A stretch of 64,000 nt of DNA, from positions 4,617 to 68,616 of the forward strand of contig DASYZG010000025.1 in the NCBI GenBank assembly GCA_035946575.1, read 5' to 3'. Of the stretch, positions 36,927 through 46,720 are shown in pieces. The notes under the pieces are model-generated. The model ran no database searches. It saw only the letters and a list, made by a program, of their open reading frames with translations, and was not told the DNA's origin. This stretch comes from Terriglobia bacterium. GTDB lineage: Bacteria > Acidobacteriota > Terriglobia > UBA7540. Each line of letters opens with the position of its first letter. Positions within the stretch are counted from its first letter, which is position 1. A program made the position numbers and the translations under genes.

Positions 36927-38834
36927 ATGAAGCCACTTTTCAGCCTCAGAATCGCCTTTTCAGTTTTGGCTATGCTGGCTGTCAGCACTGTTTTCGATCC
37001 GGTCGCGGTGTGCGGACAGGATACAACGGCGGCCCCACAGAAGCCGCCACAAAAGATGGCTCTCCCGCCCGCGGAACAGGCTGCGCCTCCCGGGGGTCCG
37101 GCCCAGCCGGTGTACATCTACCTGTACTCACGCTTCACGGACCATGTGAACCTCGAACTGGAAGAAGCCCGGCTGCGCCAACTCCTTCCCATGCTGGAGA
37201 AGTACCGGCAGCGGCATCCTGAGGCGCATGTGTGCGCCACGATTTTGTTTTCGGGCGCGATAAGCCGGTCTCTGGCCGAACGAGATGCCAGCGGCGGAAC
37301 CGTAGCCTACGTGAAGGGTTTTGTGCGTCGAGGAGTGATTCAGGTTGGCTACGACGGAATGGACGAGCCGACTTACCAGAAGCGCCCCCTGGTCGATCTG
37401 TCCACGGCGAAGTCTCCCGAGGAGCGTTGGCTGATTCACGCAGCGGCCGCAAAGGATCTGCTGGTCCAGGGGCACGATCCTCTAACAGGCGAGCTTCAAC
37501 CCGGCGTCTCTGGCGGCCTTAAGGAAGCGCAGGCAGTCTTTGGAAAGGCCGTGGCCGTCAATGCGGCACTAAGCGTTCCCTCCCCCTTCGGTCCCAAGGC
37601 GACGCGCGTCGTCACCCGAGCAGTGAATCTGGAAACCTCCCCACCCTCGGCTCGCGGCGGACCTGAAATGAGCATGGTGCCGGAAGTGGGCGATGATCGC
37701 GAAGTGGCCGAGCAGGTAGTTTGGCAAAGCTCGCAAGCGATCATGTTCGGGCTTCCGGATGCGAATCCGGCTCAACTGGCGGGTTTCTGGGGTGCAGAAA
37801 CGGGGTTTAGCCGCCTCATAAGTCCAGCTCCGGACACGTCACCCGAACTCTACTGGCAGAACAACGTGCTGCGGTCTTCGGAAGGCAGCGACGAGATGGT
37901 GCGCCTGATTCCCGCTTCCGCGGGACCGGAAGGAATCCAGAGGGTTCTTTCCGGCATTGCTCGATCGAAGGTCCGCATCATTCACGTTGAATTGGGAAGC
38001 GAGGAGGACTATGTGCAGCCGTGGTGGGTCAAGCAGGGTCACACGCCGCTGCGCTATGCCTACGATCATCCTGAACAGCCCCGGATTCCGCCGAACGCGG
38101 TTCGCGACCGGGCACGCGTTGAGGCAGCACAAGCCAGGCAGGAAGCCGTCCTGCGATTGCTCGCGGAGAACTTCTTCCCTGCCAACCCGGGAAGCCGGTT
38201 CGTTTCGAGCACCGATCTCAAGAGCATGACGCCGTCCAATGACGGTTTCAGCGTCTCGGTGGAGAACCTTCGCTCCGCTTTGTCGGCGCTCCTCGAAAAA
38301 TGGGGCAACGACACGTTTCCGCCTCCCTTTCTGTTCGCCGACGGCCATTATCTTTCGCTGGCCAACCTGTTTCAGGTCATGACGGACGCGTGGACGGAGT
38401 TCAATCGCACGGGAAGTCTCCCTTCGTCAGTCCCTGTGATCCCGGTGAACGGACCTCTGGTCACTTTGATGGGACACGGTCCGAACGCCGGTGAAGTCAC
38501 GGTAGCCGACATTGCCGCCAGCTGTCCGGCGATTTCGCAGCGATTGCATGATCAAACAGAAAGTCCGGTCCCGAAAAACTCCATTCCTTCCGGCATTACG
38601 GCGGGCGGCATTGATATGAACGCGGCCCAGTTCCTTCGGCTGATGGCGACTGCCATCGTTACGCCGGACCGGCAAGCTAGGTTCAGGGTCAAAATGACGT
38701 ACCTCTCCCCAGGTACCGCCATGCTGACACCGAAGACCCGCGCTCTTGTGGACATGGGAGGCGCTTGGACGATCAAGCCCGCCCCCATCGTGGCAAGTGC
38801 GCCGGAACAGGGCGCTGGCGGCAAAGCCCGGTAA
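36927..38834 (+). CDS. hypothetical secreted protein
   Basis: ATG at 36927 (GTGGAG upstream). Signal peptide 'MKPLFSLRIAFSVLAMLAVSTVF'. I recognise no family. Confidence 0.6.
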   Translation: MKPLFSLRIAFSVLAMLAVSTVFDPVAVCGQDTTAAPQKPPQKMALPPAEQAAPPGGPAQPVYIYLYSRFTDHVNLELEEARLRQLLPMLEKYRQRHPEAHVCATILFSGAISRSLAERDASGGTVAYVKGFVRRGVIQVGYDGMDEPTYQKRPLVDLSTAKSPEERWLIHAAAAKDLLVQGHDPLTGELQPGVSGGLKEAQAVFGKAVAVNAALSVPSPFGPKATRVVTRAVNLETSPPSARGGPEMSMVPEVGDDREVAEQVVWQSSQAIMFGLPDANPAQLAGFWGAETGFSRLISPAPDTSPELYWQNNVLRSSEGSDEMVRLIPASAGPEGIQRVLSGIARSKVRIIHVELGSEEDYVQPWWVKQGHTPLRYAYDHPEQPRIPPNAVRDRARVEAAQARQEAVLRLLAENFFPANPGSRFVSSTDLKSMTPSNDGFSVSVENLRSALSALLEKWGNDTFPPPFLFADGHYLSLANLFQVMTDAWTEFNRTGSLPSSVPVIPVNGPLVTLMGHGPNAGEVTVADIAASCPAISQRLHDQTESPVPKNSIPSGITAGGIDMNAAQFLRLMATAIVTPDRQARFRVKMTYLSPGTAMLTPKTRALVDMGGAWTIKPAPIVASAPEQGAGGKAR

Positions 38835-38877
38835 CCAGGGATCGGCCAGATTCACGAAAGCTGAAGGGACTGCGCGC

Positions 38878-41800
38878 ATGACAGCAAAGAGTCGTCAGTA
38901 CGCCAAAGGCAGCCCGTCGCGGGTACCTGCTGTTCGTCAGTATTCGAGAAAGGCTGGCAGGCACGTTGCCTTTCTCCTGGTCGCGGTGATGGCGCCGGTT
39001 CCATCCCTCAGAGCTCAGGTATCCAGCGGATCCATCGTTGGTTACGTCTATGATCCCAGCGGCGCCCTCATCGCCAATGCCGAAGTCACCGTTTCCGACG
39101 CTGACCGGGCACTGGTTCGCACCACCAGGACGAATGCTTCAGGCGCATATGCCGTGCCCGAACTCACGCCGGCGGTTTACACCGTGTCAGCCTCGGCGCC
39201 GGGTTTTGCCGAGATGACCCAAGCCGGCATGCAAGTGGAAGTGAATGGTCAACTGCGGTACGATTTTCATCTTTCCATTGCCCCGGTCAGGAAGGCCGTG
39301 GTGGTTACCGCGAGCGCCCCGCCCATGCAGGCGGGATCCCCCGAACTGGGAGCGGTAATCGATCAGGAGCAGATCGCCTCCGTCCCGCTGAACCGCCGTG
39401 CCTTTCTGCAACTGGCGCTGCTCGCGCCCGGCGTGACCCCGCCGGTGCAGGACTCCGAGTTGTCCGGTTACGGCGCCTTTTCGATGAACGCAGGCGGCGG
39501 GCGCGAGGAATTCAACAATTATCTTCTCGATGGAGTCGACAACAACGACCCTTACGTGAACCGCTACGACGTGGAACCGCCGGTTGACAGCATCCAGGAA
39601 TTCAAGGTCGCCACCAACACCTACAGCGCCGAATATGGGCGCAGCGGCGCGGGACAGGTCAACGTCATCACACGGCAGGGTAGCAACAACTTCCACGGCG
39701 AGTTGTATGAGTATGTGCGAAACCGGGTGTTCGACGCGCGCAATTTCTTCGACCCCTCCTCGCTGCCGAAACTGGTCCGCAACCAGTTCGGATTTGCCGT
39801 GGGCGGACCGGTCATCCGGAACAAGACCTATTTCTTCGCCAGCACCGACTTCTTCCGGGATCGTGAGGGCTTGAGCGAACTCAGTTCGGTTCCCACGGCG
39901 GAGGAGCGCCAGGGGAATCTCTCCGCGCTCGGCGCCACCCTGGTGAATCCGTTCACAGGTAAGCCTTTCGCGGGTAATGTGATTCCTTCAAGCTTCATTT
40001 CGCCGCTCGCTCCCGCCGTTCTCAAGATGTTTCCCAGTCCGAATCTCCCGGGTCTTTCCAACAACTACCTGGCCAGCCCGCTGCAGAGCGAGAATGACAC
40101 GCAGGGAACGTACCGCGTCGATCACCGCCTGAGCGCTTCCGGCGATCTCATGATCCGCTACAGCTTTGGCACGGTTGATCTGTTTGAACCTTGGGGCGGA
40201 AGCTCCAACGGCGCTCCTTCAACCAACACCACTCCGGGTTTTGGGGATTATGTGCGGGATCACGCCCAGAATGCCATGTTTCAGTATCGGAAGTCGTTTT
40301 CGCCCCGGGTCATCAATACCGCCATCCTGGCGTTCAACCGGTTCTCGCGCGATATCCTGCCCCAGAACTACAACGTGAATGTGGGCCAGCTTTGGGGAGT
40401 GAACTGGCTCAAGGTTCCGGCGGCGGCCTACGGGTATCCCGGGATCAGCGTGGCCGGTCTTTCGGGCATTGGCGACAACTACACCTATCCGGACTACCGT
40501 CACACCAACACCTATGAGGTCTCGGACAGCCTGGCGATCGATCGCGGATCTCATCTGTTGAAGCTGGGCGGAGAGGTGCGCGACCTGCAGTTGAACGGGA
40601 TCTTGTATTACTTCAGCCGGGGACTTCTCGGCTTCACCGGTGCTCTCTCGGGCTCCGGTATCAGCGATCTCCTGCTCGGGCTCCCCACCTTTGGGCTGCA
40701 GTCGCAATCGACAAACCCCATCACCCTCCGGACTCGTGACTACAACGCCTACTTCGAGGATGACTGGAGAGTCTCACCCAGGCTCACCCTCAACCTGGGG
40801 GCACGCTACGAGTACAACGGTCCGGCGTTTGACCCGACGAATCGCATGTCGACGCTGAACTTCACAAGTAATCAGGTGATGACCGTGGGAACCGGCGGCG
40901 TCTCCCGCTCTGGAATAAAGCCCGATTGGAACAACGTCGCGCCGCGCGTTGGTTTCGCCTGGAGCCCCGACAAGTCGCTGGTGGTTCGCGGCGGGTACGG
41001 CTTCTACTACGATGCCGGAATGCTGGAAGTCAATTCAGCCATGTACTTCAATCCGCCTCAGTTCAACTTGCTGCAGTTCTTCCCCTCGGCTGCAGGACTG
41101 TTGACTCTCGGAAACCCGTTCCCCACGGACACCGCGTATACTCCGCCGGCCTCCCTCAATGTGCTCGAGCCCAATATCGTTACGCCGTATATGCAACAGT
41201 GGAACCTTACGGTGGAACGTGCCTTTCCGTCGATCGGAACTTTCACGCTCGGCTACGCGGGTTCGGGAGGCAGAAACCTGGTTCGCGGGATCGATCTGAA
41301 CCAACCTGCCCCGGGACCCGGCGACGTCCAACCCCGGAGGCCTTATCCCCAATACGGGGATATTTTCCTGATCTCAAGCGACGCGAATTCTGCCTACAAC
41401 TCGCTGCAGGCCACGTTCCGCCGGGAGATGGGGTCGCACTTCTCGGTGTGGGCCGCGTACACCTGGTCCCATTCGATCGACGATCAGTCGGCATTTCTCG
41501 CCTCCACACCCGATCCGAATTTCCCCCAGAACAGCCAGGACCCCAACGCCGAGCGCGCCAATTCGAGCTTCGACATGCGCCATCGCCTGGTGCTGACGTA
41601 TGTGCTAAGGCTGCCACAGCAGAATCGCTGGACGCGCAACACCGAGCTTCATGGAATGACCACGGTTCAATCAGGCCGGCCCCTCACGCCGGTGCTCACG
41701 TTCGACAACAGCAATACCGGAAATACCGGCGGCCAGACCGGCTCTGATCGTCCGAACCTCGTGCGCAACTGGAATCTTCCGAATCCCACGGCCACCCGGT

Positions 41801-42084
41801 GGTTTGACCCGGGCGCCTTCGCGGTTCCGCCCGCGTACACCTTTGGCAACGCCGGACGGAACATTATTTTCGGACCAGGCCTGGCGTCTTTTGATTTCGC
41901 CGTGGCGCGGTCCTTTGCGATTACGGAGCGATTCCGGCTCAAATTCGAAGCCCAGGCCTTTAATCTGTTCAACCGGGCAAACTTCAACCTGCCCCAGGCC
42001 TATGTGGACCAGCCAACGTTCGGGCAGATCCTGTCCGCACAGGCGCCGCGGCAGATTCAGCTGGCGTTGAGATTCAGCTTCTGA
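38878..42084 (+). CDS. TonB-dependent receptor-like outer membrane protein with N-terminal carboxypeptidase-regulatory-like domain
   Basis: Signal 'VAFLLVAVMAPVPSLRAQ'. 'GSIVGYVYDPSGALIANAEVTVSD' (CarboxypepD_reg). Plug-like 'VPLNRRAFLQLALLAPGV'. Terminal 'QLALRFSF' beta-barrel signature. Confidence 0.85.
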   Translation: MTAKSRQYAKGSPSRVPAVRQYSRKAGRHVAFLLVAVMAPVPSLRAQVSSGSIVGYVYDPSGALIANAEVTVSDADRALVRTTRTNASGAYAVPELTPAVYTVSASAPGFAEMTQAGMQVEVNGQLRYDFHLSIAPVRKAVVVTASAPPMQAGSPELGAVIDQEQIASVPLNRRAFLQLALLAPGVTPPVQDSELSGYGAFSMNAGGGREEFNNYLLDGVDNNDPYVNRYDVEPPVDSIQEFKVATNTYSAEYGRSGAGQVNVITRQGSNNFHGELYEYVRNRVFDARNFFDPSSLPKLVRNQFGFAVGGPVIRNKTYFFASTDFFRDREGLSELSSVPTAEERQGNLSALGATLVNPFTGKPFAGNVIPSSFISPLAPAVLKMFPSPNLPGLSNNYLASPLQSENDTQGTYRVDHRLSASGDLMIRYSFGTVDLFEPWGGSSNGAPSTNTTPGFGDYVRDHAQNAMFQYRKSFSPRVINTAILAFNRFSRDILPQNYNVNVGQLWGVNWLKVPAAAYGYPGISVAGLSGIGDNYTYPDYRHTNTYEVSDSLAIDRGSHLLKLGGEVRDLQLNGILYYFSRGLLGFTGALSGSGISDLLLGLPTFGLQSQSTNPITLRTRDYNAYFEDDWRVSPRLTLNLGARYEYNGPAFDPTNRMSTLNFTSNQVMTVGTGGVSRSGIKPDWNNVAPRVGFAWSPDKSLVVRGGYGFYYDAGMLEVNSAMYFNPPQFNLLQFFPSAAGLLTLGNPFPTDTAYTPPASLNVLEPNIVTPYMQQWNLTVERAFPSIGTFTLGYAGSGGRNLVRGIDLNQPAPGPGDVQPRRPYPQYGDIFLISSDANSAYNSLQATFRREMGSHFSVWAAYTWSHSIDDQSAFLASTPDPNFPQNSQDPNAERANSSFDMRHRLVLTYVLRLPQQNRWTRNTELHGMTTVQSGRPLTPVLTFDNSNTGNTGGQTGSDRPNLVRNWNLPNPTATRWFDPGAFAVPPAYTFGNAGRNIIFGPGLASFDFAVARSFAITERFRLKFEAQAFNLFNRANFNLPQAYVDQPTFGQILSAQAPRQIQLALRFSF

Positions 42085-42094
42085 GGGGGGGACC

Positions 42095-45000
42095 ATGCAC
42101 CCTTCCCATTGCCCAACTCTGACTCCGTCAGCACCGCAGCTGGCTCGGATGACGGCACTCTGCGTCGCTTTCCTTATACTCCCCGTATTCTCTTCATGCC
42201 TGTGGGCCGCAGTGAGCGGGAGCATCTCCGGGACTGTGACGGACTCGAGTGGAGCGGCGGTTCCGGGCGCCAAGGTCATCGCCCTCAACGCCGACACCAG
42301 CGTGCCGCAGGTAACCACGGCCGATGAGAAAGGCTCTTATTCGCTGCCCGCGCTGGCGGTCGGCTCCTACGCCCTGGTGGTGGAGGCGCCCGGCTTCAGG
42401 CCTTACCGGCGCACCGGTGTGATGGTAGACGCTGACAGCGCTCAGATTATTGACATGCCCCTCGCACTGGGCGGCAGGAAGGAAACGGTCACGGTGTCGG
42501 GAACCGGCATGCACGTTGAGACCGCCGACACCCAACTCGGAGAGGTGATCGGTGGCACGAAAGTAAGCACCGTTCCTCTGAACGGGCGCAGCTTCACCGA
42601 CCTGCTCGCGCTTCAGCCCGGTGTGGCGCCGCTGACGACGATCACCACCACCTCGGTTCAGGCCGCGGGCGCCACGACGTTTTCACCGAGCGGCGACCTG
42701 AATCCGGGGACCCTTTCCATCAACGGACAGCGCGAATATGCGAACGGCTTCCGGGTGAACGGCGCCGACGCCACGGAGCGGTTCACCATGGGTGCGGCGA
42801 TTATCCCCACTCTCGATTCCATCGCCGAGTTTCGCATCCTCACCAGCAATTTTGACGCGCAGTACGGCAACTATGGTGGAGGCCAGATTGACGTTGTCAC
42901 CAGGTCGGGCGGGAACCAGTTTCACGGCGAGGCATTCGAATTCCTGCGCAACACTGCTTTGGACGCCAGAAATTTCTTCTCGGGCACTCGCGGCGTGTTC
43001 CAGCAGAACCAGTTCGGTGGAATGGCCGGCGGTCCCCTTGTCCGTGGCAAGGCGTTCTTTTTTGCCGATTACCAGGGCACGCGGATGAACCAGGGCGTCG
43101 ACACACCCTTGATCCGGGTACCCTCGGCGCAGGACCGCACCGGGAACCTTTCAGATCTGGCCGGCCAATTGACCGGAATCGTGAAGGGTCCCTACTGGGC
43201 CGATCTTCTCTCCGAGCGGCTGGGCTACACGGTCTCGCCCGGAGAACCTTACTATACGCCGGGCTGCACGACGCCGGTGCAGTGCGTGCTTCCCAACGCG
43301 GCGGTCCCGCAGAGCGCCTGGTCTCGGCCGTCGCAGAATTTGCTGCCCTACATTCCGGCCCCCAACACGGGAAGCAATCTCTTTACCACGTCGTCTTTCG
43401 GCCAGGCCCTCCGCGACGACAAAGGCAGCGCGCGCATTGACCTCAACACGAAATGGGGCATGCTCTCGGGATTCTATTTTGTTGACGACTATTCGCTAAA
43501 TAATCCGTACCCTGTCCAGCAGGGAGGCTCGAGCGTGCCTGGCTTCAACGCTCTGAATATCGGGCGCGCGCAGCTGATCAGCTTCAGCGCTACCACGCCC
43601 TTCGGTGACCGCACCCTCAATGAACTGCACGTCTCCTACGTGCGCGACGTCAATAACATTGGTGTTCCCGCAGGCGGCGTGGGAGTCACCCAGGCCTCTC
43701 AGGGCTTTCTGACCGCACAGGGGACGCCCAGTATTCACCCCAATCGCCCGACAATCGAAGGCGTCGAAAACGTGCAATTCAGCAACTTCACGTTCGGCAT
43801 CGACATCACCGGGCTCAACCAGGCTGACAACACCTTCGAATTGCGCGACACCCTGGCGCGCGTGGCGGGCTCCCATACCATCAAGCTCGGCGGCGAGTTG
43901 CTCGACAGTCAGGTCAACGCCTTTCCCGACGTTCAGTCGAATGGCGTCTTTTACTTCTTCGGGTCTGAGACCGGCCTTGATTTTGCCGATTACCTGCTCG
44001 GAATCCCGAGCCTCTACAAGCAGGGGGATGCGCAGGCATTCTACAACCGCAATCGTTACGGGGCGCTCTTCGGACAGGATAGCTGGCGCGTGAAGCCGCA
44101 GATCCAGGTCAACTACGGCGTGCGTTGGGACGTCATCATGCCTTGGTACGAAAAATACAACCAGATCCAGACGCTGGTGCCGGGACAGCAGTCCATCGTC
44201 TTCCCGGGCGCTCCCCGGGGGCTGGTGTTTCCCGGCGACCCCGGCATTTCGCGATCGCTCGCGCCCACGCGGTGGAACAATATCTCGCCGCGGCTGGGCC
44301 TGGCCTATTCGCCCACGGCGCGCGCCGGCCTCCTCGGTCGACTGTTGGGCGGGCCCGGCAAGACGAGCATCCGTGCCGGCTTCGGACAGTTCTACACCTC
44401 CATCGAAGGCTTCTCCGCAGGAGTGATGGCCGGCGATGCGCCCTACGGCAGCACCTATAGCAGCCCCGCTCCGCCGCTGTTCAACAGCCCCTTTGTCACC
44501 GCGGCCACCGGCTACAACAACGGGCAACGGTTTCCCCTTCGTTATCCGCCGCTCAACGCCTGGTCGAATAATCCCAATTCCAATATCGACTGGGCTCCTT
44601 TTCTGCCGATTTCCGGCTTGCCCGGTTACTACCCGGGGAGCGTTACACCCTACACCATGCAGTACAACCTCTCCCTTCAGCGGCAATTCGGAAGGAACAC
44701 GCTGCTGACGGCCAGCTACGTGGGCAGTCAGGGACATCACCTCCTGGTCCTTCTCCAGGCAAACCCCGGCAATCCCGCGCTTTGCCTCAGCCTGAGCCAG
44801 ACGAGCGCAGTGATGCCGGGTAGTTCCGCCTGCGGTCCCTTCGGAGAGGGCGGCGTTTTCACCACCCGCTCCGGGCAGGTGATCAACGGCGCACGCGGGC
44901 CGTTTGGCTCCAATTTCGGCAGTGTCGACTGGCTGATGACCATGGGAAACTCGAGCTTCAATGCCTTGGAGCTTACGCTCCGCCACACGGGCGCCCGCCA

Positions 45001-45667
45001 CGAGATCCTGGCCGGCTACACCTACTCCAAGTCCATGGACCAGTCCTCCAGCATGTCCGACCAGCTCAACCCGCTCAACTACCGGGCCACCTACGCGCTC
45101 TCGGCGTTCGATCTCACCCACAACTTCGTGGCCAGCTATCACACTACCCTGCCCTTTGATCGTCTTCGGGGCGGCCGGAACCGGCTAGCCCGGAACTGGG
45201 TGCTCTCCGGCACCACGCGGTTCAGTACCGGGTTCCCCGTCACCCTCTCTAATGACAGCGACCATTCGCTCCTCGGCACGCAGCCAAATGGCGTCAACGC
45301 TTTGGGTGTCGATTTGCCTGACGTCCTGGCCGGTCCGCTCGGCCTGAACTCTAACCCGCGCAACGGCCGGCCTTACTTCAATACCTCCCTCTTCAGCCTT
45401 CAACCTCTGGGCCAGCCCGGGAACGCGTCTCACCGCTACTTTCACGGCCCGGGAATGGTGAACTTCGATCTGGCGCTGCTCAAGAACTTCGAGCTGGGCG
45501 AATCGCGTTCCCTTCAATTGCGGCTGGAGTCTTTCAACACCTTCAATCAGGCGCAGTTCTTCGGTCCGGCGGTGGTCAACGGCGACATCAGCAGCACCGC
45601 CTTCGGCCAAGTCGTCAGCGCACTGCCTCCGCGACTGCTACAAGCGGCGCTCAAGTTGACATTCTGA
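42095..45667 (+). CDS. TonB-dependent receptor-like outer membrane protein with carboxypeptidase-regulatory-like domain (second copy)
   Basis: ATG preceded by GAGGGGGGG. 'ISGTVTDSSGAAVPGAKVIALN'. 'VPLNGRSFTDLLALQPGV'. Terminal 'AALKLTF'. An alternative start at 42149 is possible. Confidence 0.85.
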   Translation: MHPSHCPTLTPSAPQLARMTALCVAFLILPVFSSCLWAAVSGSISGTVTDSSGAAVPGAKVIALNADTSVPQVTTADEKGSYSLPALAVGSYALVVEAPGFRPYRRTGVMVDADSAQIIDMPLALGGRKETVTVSGTGMHVETADTQLGEVIGGTKVSTVPLNGRSFTDLLALQPGVAPLTTITTTSVQAAGATTFSPSGDLNPGTLSINGQREYANGFRVNGADATERFTMGAAIIPTLDSIAEFRILTSNFDAQYGNYGGGQIDVVTRSGGNQFHGEAFEFLRNTALDARNFFSGTRGVFQQNQFGGMAGGPLVRGKAFFFADYQGTRMNQGVDTPLIRVPSAQDRTGNLSDLAGQLTGIVKGPYWADLLSERLGYTVSPGEPYYTPGCTTPVQCVLPNAAVPQSAWSRPSQNLLPYIPAPNTGSNLFTTSSFGQALRDDKGSARIDLNTKWGMLSGFYFVDDYSLNNPYPVQQGGSSVPGFNALNIGRAQLISFSATTPFGDRTLNELHVSYVRDVNNIGVPAGGVGVTQASQGFLTAQGTPSIHPNRPTIEGVENVQFSNFTFGIDITGLNQADNTFELRDTLARVAGSHTIKLGGELLDSQVNAFPDVQSNGVFYFFGSETGLDFADYLLGIPSLYKQGDAQAFYNRNRYGALFGQDSWRVKPQIQVNYGVRWDVIMPWYEKYNQIQTLVPGQQSIVFPGAPRGLVFPGDPGISRSLAPTRWNNISPRLGLAYSPTARAGLLGRLLGGPGKTSIRAGFGQFYTSIEGFSAGVMAGDAPYGSTYSSPAPPLFNSPFVTAATGYNNGQRFPLRYPPLNAWSNNPNSNIDWAPFLPISGLPGYYPGSVTPYTMQYNLSLQRQFGRNTLLTASYVGSQGHHLLVLLQANPGNPALCLSLSQTSAVMPGSSACGPFGEGGVFTTRSGQVINGARGPFGSNFGSVDWLMTMGNSSFNALELTLRHTGARHEILAGYTYSKSMDQSSSMSDQLNPLNYRATYALSAFDLTHNFVASYHTTLPFDRLRGGRNRLARNWVLSGTTRFSTGFPVTLSNDSDHSLLGTQPNGVNALGVDLPDVLAGPLGLNSNPRNGRPYFNTSLFSLQPLGQPGNASHRYFHGPGMVNFDLALLKNFELGESRSLQLRLESFNTFNQAQFFGPAVVNGDISSTAFGQVVSALPPRLLQAALKLTF

Positions 45668-45981
45668 TTCCTCGGGAGCGTACGGCTGACCCCCCGAGAG
45701 CGCGACGGGTTCATGTGGCTCGTTGTGGCACTGTCTCCCCACCTCGCGTTGTGGCACCTCGGGTGGCGTAGGGCCCGGCCCTTGGGCCGGCCAGAATCGG
45801 CTGGAGCAAACGCCCGGCCCAACGTAACCCCGCACTGTATTATCGAAATGGTTGATTTTGAGCCCATAAGAGATTGTCCACGTTGTGGCGCGATCTCCCG
45901 ACCGCGCCGCGCTCTCGACCGAAGGTCTCCCTGCTCTTGCACACCAACCGGACTGGTTGACCTCGTCTCTGCTCTCAACCC

Positions 45982-46050
45982 ATTGAAAACACAGAGAAAA
46001 TAAACTTTCCCGATTTTCTCACCTTTCTCACTTTTCTCCATTGTCCCATT
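45982..46050. repeat. partial copy B of the AT-rich dispersed element (5' core only)
   Basis: 'gaaaataaactttcccgattttctcacctttctcacttttctccattgtccca' matches the first ~65 nt of copies A and C, then diverges. Confidence 0.75.
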
Positions 46051-46359
46051 TTTGAAGTTCATAATGTCTTGAGGATGCGGTGGATTCCCGCCTCGGCAGG
46101 CATGCTGACGGGACGGCGGCCAGTCCCCGGAGCCGAATTTTCGCAATCGATGATCGTCGCGCCCAAGGAGGCCTATCATGTTGCGTCAATCTCCCCGCCG
46201 CACGGCCGGGATGATGACCGCCAACGCCCAAGAATCCATCCCCGAGGGTAAACAGCGCTCTCTCGCCAATCTGAAGCGCCATTTCGGACGCCTGCTGGCC
46301 GTGCCGGAACCGCCGGAAGCGCCCAAGAAGTCTACCGAAAAACATCCACACGCCGAAAC

Positions 46360-46500
46360 CCGGAATGTGCCATCGAATGAGCAGGATAAGCCAAAAACGG
46401 GGGCTACATCGAAAGCCGGAATGTCCTTTAGAATGAGTAAAAGGGGGGCTACATCGAGGTTGCGCATACCGTCGCATTCGGCCGGAATGCGCGTCGGAAT
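46360..46500. repeat. tandem direct repeat, three units starting at 46360, 46416 and 46482 (periods 56 and 66 nt)
   Basis: Units share 'CCGGAATGT..T.GAATGAG..AAAA..GGGGGCTACATCGA'. The third unit is truncated ('ccggaatgcgcgtcggaatcgac'). Confidence 0.7.
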
Positions 46501-46502
46501 CG

Positions 46503-46660
46503 ACAAGTCGACCGTAAGCAAGTCGACTGCGAGCAAGCCGACAGTTAACAGTCGACAGTTAACAGCCAGCTACCCGAAACTGGATTCTCACCGCCGCGCG
46601 GAAGGACGAAGCGCGGAGCCGGTTGCGACTGCCACTGTCAGCTGTCGACTATCAAGTGGC
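46503..46660. repeat. inverted pair of 7-nt periodic arrays rich in GTCGAC/GTTAAC palindromes
   Basis: 46503-46568 reads '...gtcgaca|gttaaca|gtcgaca|gttaaca|g'. 46628-46660 reads 'ctgtcag|ctgtcga|ctatcaa' on the opposite polarity. Confidence 0.7.
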
Positions 46661-46720
46661 TACGCTACTCTGGCATTGCGTTTCGACGGAGGCGCCTCTG
46701 TGGACTCCGTGAGGGCGTTA

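Noticed and set aside
43496-45142. Long antisense ORFs opposite well-supported genes (this one, plus 13830..15410, 30490..32049, 32323..33591, 48158..49195, 54181..55029, 56242..57213, 58967..60160, 61613..62764, 7427..8326 and others)
   Set aside because: Each overlaps a gene with strong motif support on the other strand. The translations are Arg/Ala/Gly/Pro-rich without motifs. They are shadow ORFs.
45725-45770. Repeated 'gttgtggcac' motifs (and 53764 'tggcacagatg') as sigma-54 -24/-12 promoters
   Set aside because: None has the TTGC(A/T) -12 element at the required 4-5-nt spacing.
46360-46500. Tandem 56-66-nt repeats considered as a mini-CRISPR array
   Set aside because: There are only about 2.5 units. 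The 'spacers' are themselves homologous between units, so this is a whole-unit tandem duplication. There are no cas genes and no conserved repeat length.
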